From Eledone cirrhosa (taxonomy: Eukaryota), in the NCBI GenBank assembly GCA_964016885.1, contig OZ024740.1, forward strand, positions 288,362,001 through 288,426,000: a stretch of DNA of 64,000 nucleotides, given 5' to 3'. Both the position numbers and the translations under genes were made by a program. Below the pieces are notes generated by a model. It did not search any database, was not told the DNA's origin, and saw only the letters and a program-made list of their open reading frames with translations. Below, piece by piece: positions 12,950 through 26,300 of this stretch. The first letter of the stretch is position 1. Each line of letters starts with the position of its first letter.

Positions 12950-14110
12950 AGCAGCTGCCTCTTCTAACCTGCGCAGCTGCAGCCATCCACAGCAACCCCA
13001 CAACTCAAGATGAGACAGCGAGCTTATTTGAGGCGCAAGCCTCTCTGACCAGCATCACTCAGCTCAGAGGGTATTCGAAGGGTCCCTCTAAAGATTCTGA
13101 AAGCAGCCAGGGTGCCGGCGGCCGATTCTCTTGCATCTTCATTTGAGAGGACCTTGGACACCCACGGACCCAGTGACTGTGGGCGACTTTTCTATTTCGC
13201 TCCGCTCGTCCTCAGTCTCCCAAACATTAATGTTGATCGAAGCGGTCCGTCTATAAGGGCTTTGGACTGGTGCCCATCCCAAGTGCGTCCGACCACGCCA
13301 CACTCTGCTCATACACATCCCCGCAGTCCTCCATCATTGATACTAACTTAACCCTTTAACATTTACATTACTCTCTATATACTATTGTATGTTTGCGGTA
13401 AAGGCTTCATCTTACATAATTATCTCACATAAAATCGAATCTATGAGATTTTGATATTATTTATTTTGAGAATAATACTTAACATCAGTATGAGCGGCTA
13501 GTTACAGCCGGTTTGAACTAAAAGAAGTGATAGAATTCTGTCCGGATATGGCCGGTTTAAATGCTAAAGGGTTAAAGCGTTTACGCGACTATGTAAATGC
13601 TAAACTAATCGAAGGTGATGTCTCGGCCACTGTCAGAGTAATCGCTTCGGACGACACCGTCCTCCATCTCGCTCTTCGGCCCAAGCAACCTGAGCCACCC
13701 TCAGACCTCAGTCCCATAACCCCACGTGATCCTCACCCGCTACATATGGCCTCTGCTACAGACATCATTTCTGCCATGAAGTCTTTCCAAGCTAGCAACA
13801 CCAGAGGGGTCGGTGGTCTCCCCTCACTGCCAAGGCCGGGCGCCGCCTGCTGCACGCGATGGTGGAACCAATTAACAGTTTCATTTACGATGCCTTGGGC
13901 CCTTATATCCGAGACTTCTTTTTGGCAAGCTTGACCACTCTTAGGAAGGAAAACAGCAGCGTGCGCCCTATTGCTGTGGGTAATGTCTTGAGATGGCTGG
14001 CTGCCAAAGTCATCTGCAGATCCGTCGACTCTGAACGAGTGCAGCTAGGGGTCGGCGTGGCTGGTGGGTGAGAGGGGGCCGCTTACGTCGGTAGGCATTT
14101 CTTCAATGAC
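12950..14110 (+). pseudogene. CRE-clade non-LTR retrotransposon relic (N-terminal RT region)
   Basis: AKLIEGDVSATVRVIASDD..., LTTLRKENSSVRPIAVGNVLRWLAAKV...QLGVGVAGG*EGAA; frameshifts and stops. Confidence 0.8.
13352..13571. mobile_element. piggyBac-like MITE inserted in the CRE relic
   Basis: TTAA on both sides; TIRs ccctttaacattta / taaatgctaaaggg. Confidence 0.85.
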
Positions 14111-14254
14111 TGCTTACAAACCTCATAGAATAAAACCAAAATGTTATACCAGAATATAAAGATGCTGCTAGTAATTCAACAATCAGTGAGGGTGTCCCCA
14201 CGAGGAATCGTTTTAGTACTGGGACGAATTGCAAGTGTATATATATGTTGGACG

Positions 14255-14445
14255 TCCGTCAGTACCGACGACGCGTGTTCCAGTTGATTCGATCAACGGA
14301 ACAGCCTGTTCGTGAAATGACTGTGCAAGTGGCTGAGCATTCTACAGACACGTGTACCTTTAATGTAGTTCTTTCTCGGGGAAACTCAGAGTGACTGGAG
14401 CAGCGTGAAATAAAGTGTCTAAAGAACACAAGGCGCCGCCCAACA
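14255..14445 (-). mobile_element. Partial CORE-type SINE (family C)
   Basis: Homologous to 27381-27630. Confidence 0.75.
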
Positions 14446-14493
14446 CTTTAATCTATGATGGAAGCAATTATGAATTATTATTTCAGATTCACA

Positions 14494-14680
14494 GGGCGGT
14501 GGATTGGCAGTATCGGTAGAAGTTCGGACGCCATGCTTTGACGCATAGAGTTACGGTCCTTGCCATTCTGAGGTCAAATGCCGCCGAGGTTTACTTTGCC
14601 TTTCATCCTTACGGGGTCGATAAAATAAAGTACCAGTAATGCACTGGGTAATTGCTGGCCTTGTGCCAAAAGTAGAAACA
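14494..14680 (+). mobile_element. SINE family A with 18-bp TSD
   Basis: attatttcagattcacag flanks both ends. Confidence 0.92.
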
Positions 14681-15171
14681 ATTATTTCAGATTCACAGAC
14701 TTGCATACGATCACACCATGCATAATTAATTAAAATGTTACAACGCATGAATTAACCAAATATTTGTAAAACTTTAAATGTCGGAACACCCAAGAATCTA
14801 CAGTATACATTCTCAATTCCTCCCTATCATTCTCTTTCCTTCTCTGGAAGAAATCGACTGAGTTCAAACATAGAGAGGTATTTACTCTGCCAGGTTTTAA
14901 AATGCTCAAGACACGCTGTCTGTCACTACAGCGCCCTTGCGACTCCAGCATCAATTCATTCATCCATCCATATATACATACACACGCGCGCGTGCATATG
15001 TACATACATACATATACACACACACGTACACATACATACAGACACATATACGCGTACACATACATACATACATACATACATACATACATACATACATACA
15101 TACATACATACATACATACATACATACATACATACGTTCATACATACGTACATACATACATACATACATGC

Positions 15172-15853
15172 ATCGTGGCTACCAACTCGTTTTCGAGTAC
15201 GGCCACTACTTTATATCCATGTAGGAGAACCCCTACCGATGCGCTGAACGAGTGTGACTTTTTAGTCCAGCCAGCGACTTGAAAACTCTGGTACAAACAC
15301 TACACTTGTGACAATTATTGACACATAGTGTTGGGCCCATGGTACCATGTGACGACAAGTGCAGAGAGATCTCCAGATATAAAGCAATGCCTGTGCCGTG
15401 AAGCTTTTATAGTGAGCAAAGGCACTGCACAAAGCCAGTCCCACTCTCTTAACCAAGATGATATTTACCAAAAAGAAGAACAAGTCAACATCATTGGATA
15501 CCATCAGGGTTGCAGGTGTTATATCAGAGTTTTCCTTCTAGAATTCTGCCTTGACAAAGGTCATCTCATACATACATACATACATACATACATACATACA
15601 TACATACATACATACATACATACATACATACATACATACATACATGGTGGCTACCAACTCGTTTTCGAGTACGGCCACTACTTTATATCCATGTAGGAGA
15701 ACCCCTACCGATGCGCTGAACAAGTGTAACTTTTTAGTCCAGCCAGCGACTTGAAAACTCTGGTACAAACACTACACTTGTGACAATTATTGACACATAG
15801 TGCTGGGCCCATGGTACCATGTGATGACAAGTGCAGAGAGATCTCCAGATATA
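15172..15853 (-). mobile_element. Two 5'-truncated copies of the non-autonomous RTE derivative, separated by (TACA)n
   Basis: 15172-15568 and 15645-15853 match the 3' part of 15971-16608. Confidence 0.85.
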
Positions 15854-15970
15854 AATACATACATACATACATACATACATACATACATACATACATACAT
15901 ACATACATACATACATACATACATACATACGTACATGCATGCATGCATACATACATACATACATACATAC

Positions 15971-16608
15971 ATGGTGGCTGCCAACTCGTTTTCGAGTACG
16001 GCCACTACTTTACATCCATGTAGGATAACCCCTACCGAAGCGCTGAACGAGTGTGACTTTTTAGTCCAGCCAGCGACTTGAAACCTCTGGTACAAACACT
16101 ACACCTGTGACAATCATTGACACATAGTGCTAGGCCCATGGTAGGACAATCATTGACACATAGTGCTGGGCCCATGTGAGGACAAGTGCAGAGAGATCTC
16201 CAGATATAAAGCAATGCCTGTGCCGTGAAGCTTTTATAGTGAGCAAAGGCACTGCACAAAGCCAGTCCCACTCTCTTAACCAAGATGCTATTTACCAAAA
16301 AGAAGAACAAGTCAACATCATTGGATACCATCAGGGTTGCAGGTGTTATATCAGAGTTTTCCTTCTCCTAGAATTCTGCCTTGACTAAGGCTAAAGGGGT
16401 CATCTCTCCCGGTGATTTTGGATGGCCATTGACTCTTAAGAGCTCCTTTGCCCTTTGACAGGTTTTGTTTTTAGTCCTGCAGGATGTCCAAAGTCACCCT
16501 CCTCACCAAGAAACCTTGGTGGGGTTGCCAGTTTAGTCGCCAACGACCCGACCATGAGACAGGTTGTACTGGGATACATGTTACCAGTAGCACCAACTGG
16601 TGACCTGA
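15971..16608 (-). mobile_element. Full-length ~610-bp bipartite non-autonomous RTE derivative
   Basis: RTE 5'UTR-like motif aaggcagaattctaggagaaggaaaactctg, C2H2 remnant CSVCTRGFKSLAGLKSHTRS, 3' stem-loop ctcg-aaaa-cgag and (TATG)n tail. Confidence 0.8.
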
Positions 16609-16674
16609 CATACATACATACATACATACATACATACATACATACATACATACATACATACATACATACATACA

Positions 16675-17012
16675 TGATGGCTGCAAAATCGTGTTCGAGC
16701 ATTGCCATCACCCGATAAAATGCTCAAAAATGTGAGGCACGAATGTGTCTCTTTAAACCAGCCAAAGACTTGCACCCTCTCGCACATACATGGCAACTGT
16801 AGGTTCCTCCAGGACTTTCCAATGTGTATTCTCGTATGTCTTTTAAGACCTCCCATGTTAGCACATTCCTTGCCACATTCCTTACACCTTTTCAGATCAA
16901 AATCTACATAAGGTCTACTGATATGACTTTGTTCGTGTCTAGTCAAATCTGCTTTACTCAGGCAGACTCGACCACAGTGCTCGCAAACCAGATGATGCTC
17001 AACAGCAGGCAT
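16675..17012 (-). mobile_element. 3' end of an RTE-like LINE encoding C2H2 zinc fingers
   Basis: CEHCGRVCLSKADLTRHEQSH and CKECGKECANMGGLKRHTRIH; ends ctcgaacacga..gcagccatcat(gtat)n like the derivative. Confidence 0.75.
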
Positions 17013-17024
17013 ACATACATACAA

Positions 17025-17270
17025 ATATTTGCGAAAAGGAGAATATCTATGCAGAACTAATGAGAAATCTGCAGATACTCCACCCTGACTATACCTTCTG
17101 ATTTATACCTGTGATTATTGGGGCACTGGGATATGTTAGTAACTCAATACAAATCTTGAGAAGCTAGGCTTCACAGAAACAGAAAGCATACAAATTAAGA
17201 AATTACAAGTACAATCCATTAATGGAACAGTAAAAAATATGTAAAAAATTCCAAAAATTCTGCATCGGAT
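17025..17270 (+). mobile_element. Divergent R4/Dong-like 3' fragment
   Basis: KENIYAELMRNLQILHPDYTF*FIPVIIGALGYV parallels the C-terminus of the 28576-29274 ORF. Confidence 0.75.
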
Positions 17271-18080
17271 AACTGCATGTATACATGTACAGATACAAAG
17301 CATATGCACATGCACACATATAACTAAAAAACATCCACATCCGCACATACAATAATATCCATACCTGCGCACACATGCATGCATACATATCTACCTAGTT
17401 GATGTTGTCTAAATTCCAATGAAAGAGTCTTGTGTCTTTCTTAGGAACCGATTCTCTCTCTCTCTCTCCGTCTCTCCCCGTCTCTCTCTCCCTCTCTCTA
17501 ACTCTCTCTCTCTTTCTTTCTCTCTATTGGTAGAAATTTATGAAATTATACAGACAGTGGTCGGAAATTGAAACTCCTAACAAAAATGAGAGCTTTTGCA
17601 AAACTGAAAATCTCTAGGCAAAGCGAAGGCGTAGTGTTATTTCTGTTAACTAATACGTTATGCTGGGTAAAATAATAAAATCAAAAATATTAATTTCTTT
17701 TGATAATATAAATGGAATGAAGGCTTCTACTGTTAGGCATAATTGGGACACATTTCTGCATCATTATGCAAGAGCTGTCCTCAAATAAATACTTGTATTT
17801 TACTTAATTTAAACCTTATGTTTGCCCTTTTGATATGTACCCACTATAAACTGTTATGTGCAATAATTAAACGATTTTCTGCGCATTTTTTCTTTAGTTT
17901 GAACACAACAATACTATTCATTATAGTAGTATAATTGTCATTTATTGTTATAATTTTACTGCTTTACTCCCCCCCTCCTCTCTCTCTCTCTCTTACTCGC
18001 ACACATACACACGCGCACGCATGCGCACATATATACATTCATGCGTACATACATTCATACGTACATACATACATACGTAC

Positions 18081-18400
18081 AACAGAAGGAGGACATCTAC
18101 AGGCTATTGATGAGGAGTTTGCAGATCCAGTATCCAAGATGCACTTTCAGCTTCATACCCATCATTATTGGCGCTACAGGTTATATACCATCCCGCTTGG
18201 ACCAAAGTATAACTGAACTAGGATTTGTGGACAAAGAACACAGCTCCCTAATTCATAGACTACAAATGACTGCGATAGCTGGCTTCAAAATTTGCAAAAC
18301 ATTCTTGCAATTCAAGGGATGATAATTTCTTTTCTTTTACAACCTTGCCACCAGGAAGGTGGCCGGTCAAAAATGTACTCGAAATTAAGAGAAAGAGAGA
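18081..18400 (+). mobile_element. R4/Dong-like retrotransposon 3' fragment in (TACA)n
   Basis: QKEDIYRLLMRSLQIQYP...KICKTFLQFKG* plus 3' UTR shared with 28434-28520. Confidence 0.85.
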
Positions 18401-18469
18401 CATACATACATGCATACGTACATACCTACGTACATACATACATACATACATACACACATACATACATAC

Positions 18470-19078
18470 ATGGTGGCTGCCAACTCGTTTTCGAGTACGG
18501 CCACTACTTTATATCCATGTAGGAGAACCCCTACCGATGCCCTGTACGAGTGTGACTTTTTAGTCCAGCCAGCGACTTGAAAACTCTGGTACAAACATTA
18601 CACTTGTGACAATTATTGACACATAGTGTTGGGCCCATGGTACAATGTGACGACAAGTGCAGAGAGATCTCCAGATATAAAGCAATGCCTGTGCCGTGAA
18701 GCTTTTATAGTGAGCAAAGGCACTGCACAAAGCCAGTCCCACTCTCTTAACCAAGATGATATTTACCAAAAAGAAGAACAAGTCAACATCATTAGATACC
18801 ATCAGAGTTGCAGTTGTTATATCAGAGTTTTCCTTCCCCTAGAATTCTGCCTTGACAAAGGCTAAGGGGTCATCTCTCCCGGTGATTTTGGATGGCCATT
18901 GACTCTTAAGAGCTTCTTTGCCCTTGACAGGTTTGATTTTTAGTCCTGCAGGATGTCAAAAGTCACCCTCCTCACCAAGAAACCTTGGTGGGGTTGCCAG
19001 TTTAGTCGCCAACGACCCGACCATGAGACAGGTTGTACTGGGATACATGTTACCAGTAGCACCAACTGGTGACCTGAC
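18470..19078 (-). mobile_element. Full-length non-autonomous RTE derivative
   Basis: Near-identical to 15971-16608; (TACA)n on both sides. Confidence 0.85.
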
Positions 19079-19166
19079 ATACATACATACATACATACAT
19101 ACATACATACATACATACATACATACATACATACATACATACATACATACATACATACATACATAC

Positions 19167-19803
19167 ATGTAGGCTATGTAAAACAAAGATCGAGGATGTA
19201 AGCCACATTGTTGCCAGCTGCGAAAGAATGTCATCTCGCTACTACCTCCCCATGAGACACGATGGGTTAGCTAGAACCATCTGGAACGCACTTTGGAAAA
19301 TAAAATTAACAACAAACGAGGAAGAATATATTGAGACAGATGGCACTAAGGAATACTGGTGGAATCTGAAAATAAAAACTGCCACCAAATTAAAGCACAA
19401 CCGGCCTGATATTGTTGTTTGGGACCACACATTGAAAACGTGTTCTGTTGTTGATGTAAACGTTGTCAGAAAAATACAGGAGAAGGAGGACATCTACGGA
19501 CCATTGATGAGGAGTTTACAAATCCAGTATCCAAGATACACCTTTAGCTTCATACCCATCATTATTGGAGCTACGGATTATATACCAACCCGCTTGGACT
19601 AAAGTATGACTGAACTTGGATTTGCGGACAAAAAGCGCAGCTCCCTAATTCATAGTCTACAAATGGCTGCGGTAGCTGGCACCTTCAAAATTTGCAAAAC
19701 ATTCTTGCGATTCAAGGGATGACAATTTCTTTTCTTTTACAACCTTGCCACCAGGAAGGTGGCCGGTCAAAAAAAATATACTCGAAATTAAGAGAAAGAG
19801 ATA
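19167..19803 (+). mobile_element. R4/Dong-like retrotransposon 3' fragment (CCHC + REL endonuclease)
   Basis: CRLCKTKIEDVSHIVASC, RHD and HNRPDIVV motifs; small deletion and stop; in (TACA)n. Confidence 0.88.
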
Positions 19804-19817
19804 ACATACATACATAC

Positions 19818-20648
19818 ATGATGGCTGCCTCCTCGTTTTCGAGTATGGCCATTGCACGATATAACATTAATAATTATCAATTAATGCTATCGTTCAATGC
19901 CTGTGCGTAAAGATTTTTTTTTAAAGTGTGGAAAGACTATGCACTGAACCAACCCCACTCTCTGAGCGACAGTAGCTATAACTCGAAAAGAAGAAAAGAT
20001 CAACATCATCGGTAACTACTGAGCCGCAGGTTTTATGTCAGAGTTATCCCAGTTTCCTGAGTTGCCTTCTCCTAGAAGAATGCCTAGTCAAAGGTTAGGG
20101 GTCCTTCACATTCAGTGGTTTAACCGCGCGATCGGGTATCCAGCCCGATTATTTCTATGACTCCGCGCATATACGCACATATGCACACATGCATATACAT
20201 ATATACATATACATACATATGTACATATGTATATATATATATATATTTACACATTTTTGGATGGCCATTGACTCTTATGAGTTCTTCCGCACTTTGTCAT
20301 ACATACATGGTGGCTGCCAACTCGTTTTCGAGTACGGCCACTACTTTATATCCATGTAGGAGAACTCCTACCGATGCCCTGTACGAGTGTGACTTTTTAG
20401 TCCAGCCAGCGACTTAAAAACTCTGGTACAAACATTACACTTGTGACAATTATTGACACATAGTGCTGGGCCCATGGTACCATGTGACGACAAATGCAGA
20501 GAGATCTCCAGATATAAAGCAATGCCTGTGCCGTGAAGCTTTTATAGAGAGCAAAGGCACTGCACAAAGCCAGTCCCACTCTCTTAACCAAGATGATATT
20601 TACCAAAAAGAAGAACAAGTCAACATCATTGGATACCATCAGAGTTGC
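19818..20648 (-). mobile_element. Divergent relative (19818-~20130) and truncated copy (20307-20648) of the RTE derivative
   Basis: Shared 3' stem-loop and aaaagaagaa..tcaacatcat segment. Confidence 0.75.
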
Positions 20649-21256
20649 ATACATACATACATACATACATACATACATACATACATACATACATACATAC
20701 ATACATACATACATACATACATACATGAAGTATCGATATGATATAACGAAGTTTCACTTTAAAATATTTTTTATTGTATATCATCCGTTACATGTTTCTC
20801 ATATGATTGGCTTGAGATCTACATCGATACGATAGACCTGACTCCAGCATCGATATATTTTGTATAAGAAATAAATATTTATATTTCGTTTTACCCGTTT
20901 AACGAAGAATTCAACAAAAATAGCACGTTTTCACTTTACCCAAGACTTAACATTTTTTGAAAATATTTACTTTTGTCCCTGCCCCATTTAGGTGACTTGT
21001 GATACTTACCAAACAAGCCAAATCACATAAGCATTTTAGGTCCTTTAATTCCATAATGGGAATACTTTTAACATCTATGAAGAGTTTTACTTCATATTTC
21101 AATTCATTTAAACGTTTGGACACGTACCCTTTGCTTAACAACGAAGTCCCTATGGTACATTACCTTACCTTTTACGAATTTACTAAGTTTTTACTATCAC
21201 TTCAATCACATTATTTATTCTTAGATTTGCACATACATTACGTTGGTTAATAAGAT

Positions 21257-21676
21257 AATTGTTTCTACTTTAGGCACAAAGCCAGCAATTATCCCAGTGC
21301 ATTACTGGTACTTTATTTTATCGGCCCTGTAACGATGAAAGGCAAAGTTAATTTCGGCGGGATTTGAAATCAGACCGTAAAGGGCCGTAATTCTATGCTG
21401 CAAAGCATGGCGTCCGACCCTCTACCAATACTGCCAACCCACCTTAATAAAATAATGATTTCTAGTATAGGCACAAGGCCAGTAATTTTTTTTTTTTTTG
21501 GGGGGGGGGGGTCGATTAAATCCACCCCAGTACGTTACTGGTGCTTTATTTGATTGATCCCGTAACGATGAAAGGCAAAGTTAACCTCGACGAGATTTGA
21601 ACTCAGACCGTAAAGGACCGTAACTCTATGCTGCAAAGCATGGCGTCCGACCCTCTACCGATACTGCCAATCCACC
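21257..21676 (-). mobile_element. Two tandem SINE family A copies
   Basis: Reverse complement of the family A consensus, twice. Confidence 0.9.
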
Positions 21677-22225
21677 AAGATAATGATACACTATTACGCT
21701 ATGAGAATACAGTTGACGATTTTCCAATTCTTTATCTGAGGTTAAAATTTGTGCAACGACAGCAAAACACTCTTTACTAAAACTGTGTGGTTTCACTTAT
21801 TTTTTCTTTTAGCTCACTCACTTCATAACGTTTTGCATTAAGGAAGAATTTTCATGATTACCTTCTGAAAATAGATTCTTGTTTGTGCAAATTTATTTCT
21901 AAAAATTCTCGTTTGCAGAATCCATTCAATTTTTTGTATTCTTTATGCTTCATCAAATGTTGACAAGATTGTACTTTTTATAAATTGCAATCGAATCTCT
22001 ACAAATTAGATACATATACTAGCCATGAAAAATAATTAACTCTTCATTTCTCATGGAACAAACAACTATTGCCGGCATCTCATATTTTCCATTATTACTA
22101 GCTATTGGAAGAGGGAGTAATTTCATCCAATTTCCAATATTGATTTTAAAATCTTTAATAAAAAAAATCACCAAATGAACCACTGAATGTTACGTCATCA
22201 CTTCGTACGTATTCTGACTTCTTTG

Positions 22226-23880
22226 CACTGAGGAACATTTTTTGTGGTGGGGGGCTAGAATTTTAACAAGATTCTGGATATTCTCATACCACTGATTCAG
22301 AAAATATCATCCGTTTTGTTCCAGCCGCTCTAGTTTTTGAGATATAGCATATGCCATTACCTATTTTATTACTCTCCTAGAATGGTATTATGAGTTGTTC
22401 GTAAATCTAAATGCATTTGTATAATTAAATTGTAGCTATGATTTTGCTGGTGAAGCTGTTTACCATGTGTATTTTACATGTACTAACATAAATTATTTCC
22501 TGTTACAAGTGTTGACATGGATTCATTATTAAGAAAATATTTAAATCATCCAGATGTTATTTCGTTTTATTTGCGGAGAGCACACATTCGTTGAACAAAG
22601 AGAAACTATTACTGATTGTATGAAAAAAGATTATTTTGCCTATTTCAAAGTACAACTAGGAGGACAACACAAACCATCGGCTCCTTATGTTGTGTGTTAA
22701 ATATGTATGGAGAATCTGCGACGATGGGCCTTGGTATATCAATGGTATGGAGAGAAGAGAAAAATCACGTGATGACTGGAACTTTTGTTTGGTGAATATA
22801 ATGGTTTCTTATATAAGCACAAGGCCAGCAATTTTGGGGAAGGGGAAATTCGATTAAATCGACCCCAGTGCGTGACTGATACTTTATTTCATCGACAGTT
22901 TAGTAAATATAATGAGCATACGTCATTGGAGTATATGGATGATTCCTAAAATAGACTCAGCTATGTTGTACATTCAGATAAGATGCTTGTCCCATCATTC
23001 AGTCATTTTACAGAACGCCACCAAAAAGCTGATGAATCAGCTACTGACAAAGAGAGCATATATAGGTAATATTACAGTGAGGTCTACCAATAATCGCAGA
23101 TTGTTTTAGTGAGCACAAATTGAACGACCTCACAAGTGACTTAAATCTTTCGAAGAAATCGTCTGAGTTAGCTTCCAGGCTTGGAGAGAAAACAATTACT
23201 GTTCTTCTTCTCAAAAGATATCGATTTTATTTTCTGCAACAACGTGTGATGGTTCTGATGAAACTGGGCAGATTGGAAAACACATCAAGTGAATGGCAGT
23301 TATTCATAGATAGCTCCAAATAGAGCCTAAAATGTGTTCTACACAATGGCTACAGATACAGATCAACCCCAGTTAGTCACTGTCGGTACGAGTCAAGAGC
23401 ACGGGACAGTTCCCCTAGTTCTAGAAAGATATTGTACTGAGACCACCAATGGTTGATCTGTGTGGATTTAAAGATACTAAATTCTTCCTGGCCAGCAGAA
23501 TGGGTACACCAAGTAACTGTACCTCATATCTCTGGAACAATAAAACTAAAGCTGAACACTGGCTGAGACGTCAGTGACTGACCGCTGAGAAAAAAATCAT
23601 GAAGAAAATAATATCACCAAAGAAAATACGGTTGACAGAGAAACGACCATATTAACACAACTGCACATCAAATTAGGTTTGATTAAACACTTTATGAAGT
23701 CTCTACATATGTGGAAAATCTCCTGCGTTGGCCATGGAAAAGATGAAGGTAGGTTTTTATCAAATAACCGTAAATCCAAGAACTCATGAAAAAGCCGCGT
23801 TTCCAAGATTCAATGGACAACATCGAGCACGTATGTGGCTATCATTTAGTATGGTTGAGAAACATTTCTTTATGAACAAT
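22226..23880 (+). pseudogene. Decayed Chapaev3-like (CMC) DNA transposon
   Basis: Starts CACTG; frameshifted motifs FICGE, YFAYFKVQLGGQHKPSAPYVVC, MVWRE, LNDLTSDLNLSKKSSE, EWQLFIDSSK*SLKCVL, QWLICVDLK, LHIKLGLIKHFMKSL; a SINE fragment is nested at ~22805-22895. Confidence 0.75.
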
Positions 23881-24099
23881 TTGTTTATCAACAGTTGTCC
23901 CAGAACGAGGGAAACGAAGATGAGCGTGATGGGAGAAGAAAAGAGATGGGAAGTCGTCATTTACATGAAAAGTAAGGAGGGAAAGAATTTTTCGTATAAT
24001 TTAACGTATAAGTCGTACTCAACTACTGACATCTATCTGTAAAGATCCCATTGACCTTTCGCAATTGTCATCGATAAAACTGCTTTGATAATGATGCAT

Positions 24100-24236
24100 A
24101 TAACCATGTTGGAGTCATAGGAGCGTTGTCATAGCACCGGCACGCCAGAAACATTTTAATCCTGGCGGAGGCCCTTCCTCACCAGGTCGGAACACACCCG
24201 ATTCTTCTTCTTCTTCTTCTTCTTCTTCTTCTTCTT

Positions 24237-24265
<29 letters not shown>
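24100..24265 (+). mobile_element. Retroelement 3' end with (TTC)n tail
   Basis: Homologous to the reverse complement of ~11590-11705; ends accaggtcggaacacacccga(ttc)n. Confidence 0.5.
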
Positions 24266-24267
<2 letters not shown>

Positions 24268-24534
24268 GAGAGAGAGAGAGAGAATCGATTCCAATACTGA
24301 GCTAGTACTTTATTTATCGATCTCGAAAAGGTGAAAGGCATTTTAGATCAGACTCTGCTATTTATAAAGGTCAAACTGACCTTTTGCAATTGTCACCAAT
24401 AAAACCATACTAACATAATGCACTGTATATATCACACTGGGTCATAAAATATAAAGTCATGCTCTCCTATTGCCATTTATAAAGGTCACACTGACCTTTT
24501 GCAATTGTCATCTATAAAGCCATATTAATAGCAG

Positions 24535-26300
24535 CAGTGGGGGTGCCGATAGTCTCTGACTCGGCCACCTCAAAGACATGTTGTCCCCCTCACTGCTGAA
24601 GCCGGACGCCGCCTGTTGAGCGCTATTGTGGCTCTCATTAACAGGTTCCTTCACTGCACCCTGGATCCTTATTCCCGAGACTTCTTCTTATCACCCGCCT
24701 CCCCGCTCTCGGGAAGAGAGATGATGTGATACACCCCATCGCGGTAGATAATGTCTTCCGGAGGCCTGTAACTAAAGTCATTAGTAAGTCTATCGTACCT
24801 GAACTAGGCAAGGAATTCAGCCCGGTGCAGCTAAGGCTCGGCGTGGCCTGTGGATGTAAGGAGGCCGCCCACGCCGCTAGACAGTTCTTCAAATAACTGC
24901 TCTCCTAAGCTGGCACCGAGTGATTCCAGGCATATCCTTGTCAAACTTGACATGAAGAATGCCTTCAACTCTCCGCACCACCGATCTCAACGTCTGGTAC
25001 CTGGATGATGCGACGATAGGCGGGCCCACAGAGAGTGTCTGCCATAATCTCCGATCAGTGGTTTTTGCTCTGTGGAGGATCGGCCTCGAGATCAACTGCT
25101 GCAAGTTGGATGTCGTAAGCGTCAATCACGACGCAGAGGGCTTCGCGGCCTGCGTCTCGGACGTGCGATTAGCACTATATCAGGTGCAGGTGACCTCCAA
25201 AGAAGATATTCTCATCATCAGTCTGCTGATCCTCCCGCTTACTATTCGCTCCACCCTCAATTTCATGTTTCGCCAGCTAGAAACTCTGATGAACAGACTG
25301 AACGTCATCAACGCCCACACGGCACTCTTCCCGACGCCTGCATCCGACGGGCCGCTTAGGAGATATGCAACGTCCGATTTGATGACACGGGATGACAACA
25401 GGCCACTCTACCCGTCAAATATGGTGGCGCTTTCCGGTCTCCACTCTCACTTGCCCTGCCGGCATTCTTTCGTCTGTGACCTCGTATCATGTCCTCATCA
25501 ACAGGGTTCTCCACAACAGAACTGAACCTACTGTGATTGGGGTCCACGAGGCAACATACGCGACATGGAACCAGCTCGGCCTCCGCCCTGCAGACGTCCA
25601 CCCCCGCCCCTCCCTTCAGTAAACGCCCGGACTCCCCAAAACAAATGGGACGCCATCCAGTGCAACATGACCTCAGATAGGTTGGTGCGCCGGCTTGACC
25701 AGCACCATCTGACATGTTTTCGCTGGGCTCTCAACCCCACTGCAGTACCTGGCACTCAGCTAGACAGCGACTGCTTGCGCATCGGTGTTCCCTGAGGCTC
25801 GGCCTCCTGATCTGTGAGCTTCACAAATATCGTTGGGGATCCACATTGGATTCTTTCGGTCTCCACCCACTGTCATGCCGTCAATGTGTTGGCTGCCTCC
25901 CGAGTCATGCTGCTCTCAACAAAATTATAAAGCATGGATGGACAGCGCAGGCTTTCCTTTCTAGCTCTAGCCTGCGGGGTTGGGCCGAGGTGACGGTAAA
26001 ATGTCAGGTGGCATGACAATCTTCCCATTCTGTCAGGGTAGGTCCCTCATTTTGGATTCCACATACTGAAACACTTTCTCTAGCGCCAACCCGGTGCGTT
26101 CAGCTATCAGCCCAGGATTCGCTACCCTCCAGGCCGAAGAAGGCAAACCACTCTCTGATAGGTTTGTGATTGAGCCTGTTGCACTAAAGACTTCCGACAT
26201 TCTTGGCCCCCGGACCACATCCCTGCTCACTGCTAACGGAGCGCAGCTGGCTACGCAAGACAATGTCTTTTCCATCCTCTCAGCCAGGACCACGAGGCAG
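24535..26300 (+). pseudogene. CRE-clade non-LTR retrotransposon relic (RT + zinc knuckle + REL endonuclease)
   Basis: HPIAVDNVFRR, QLRLGVACGCKEAAHAAR, LVKLDMKNAFN, NVWYLDDATIGG, GLHPLSC...HAALN, GDGK..GMTIFPFCQGRSLIWDST; many lesions. Confidence 0.85.

Noticed and set aside
16581-17024. Host C2H2 zinc-finger gene exon
   Set aside because: Ends in an RTE-type 3' stem-loop with (TATG)n tail, is frameshifted and is bounded by microsatellite; it is a LINE 3' end.
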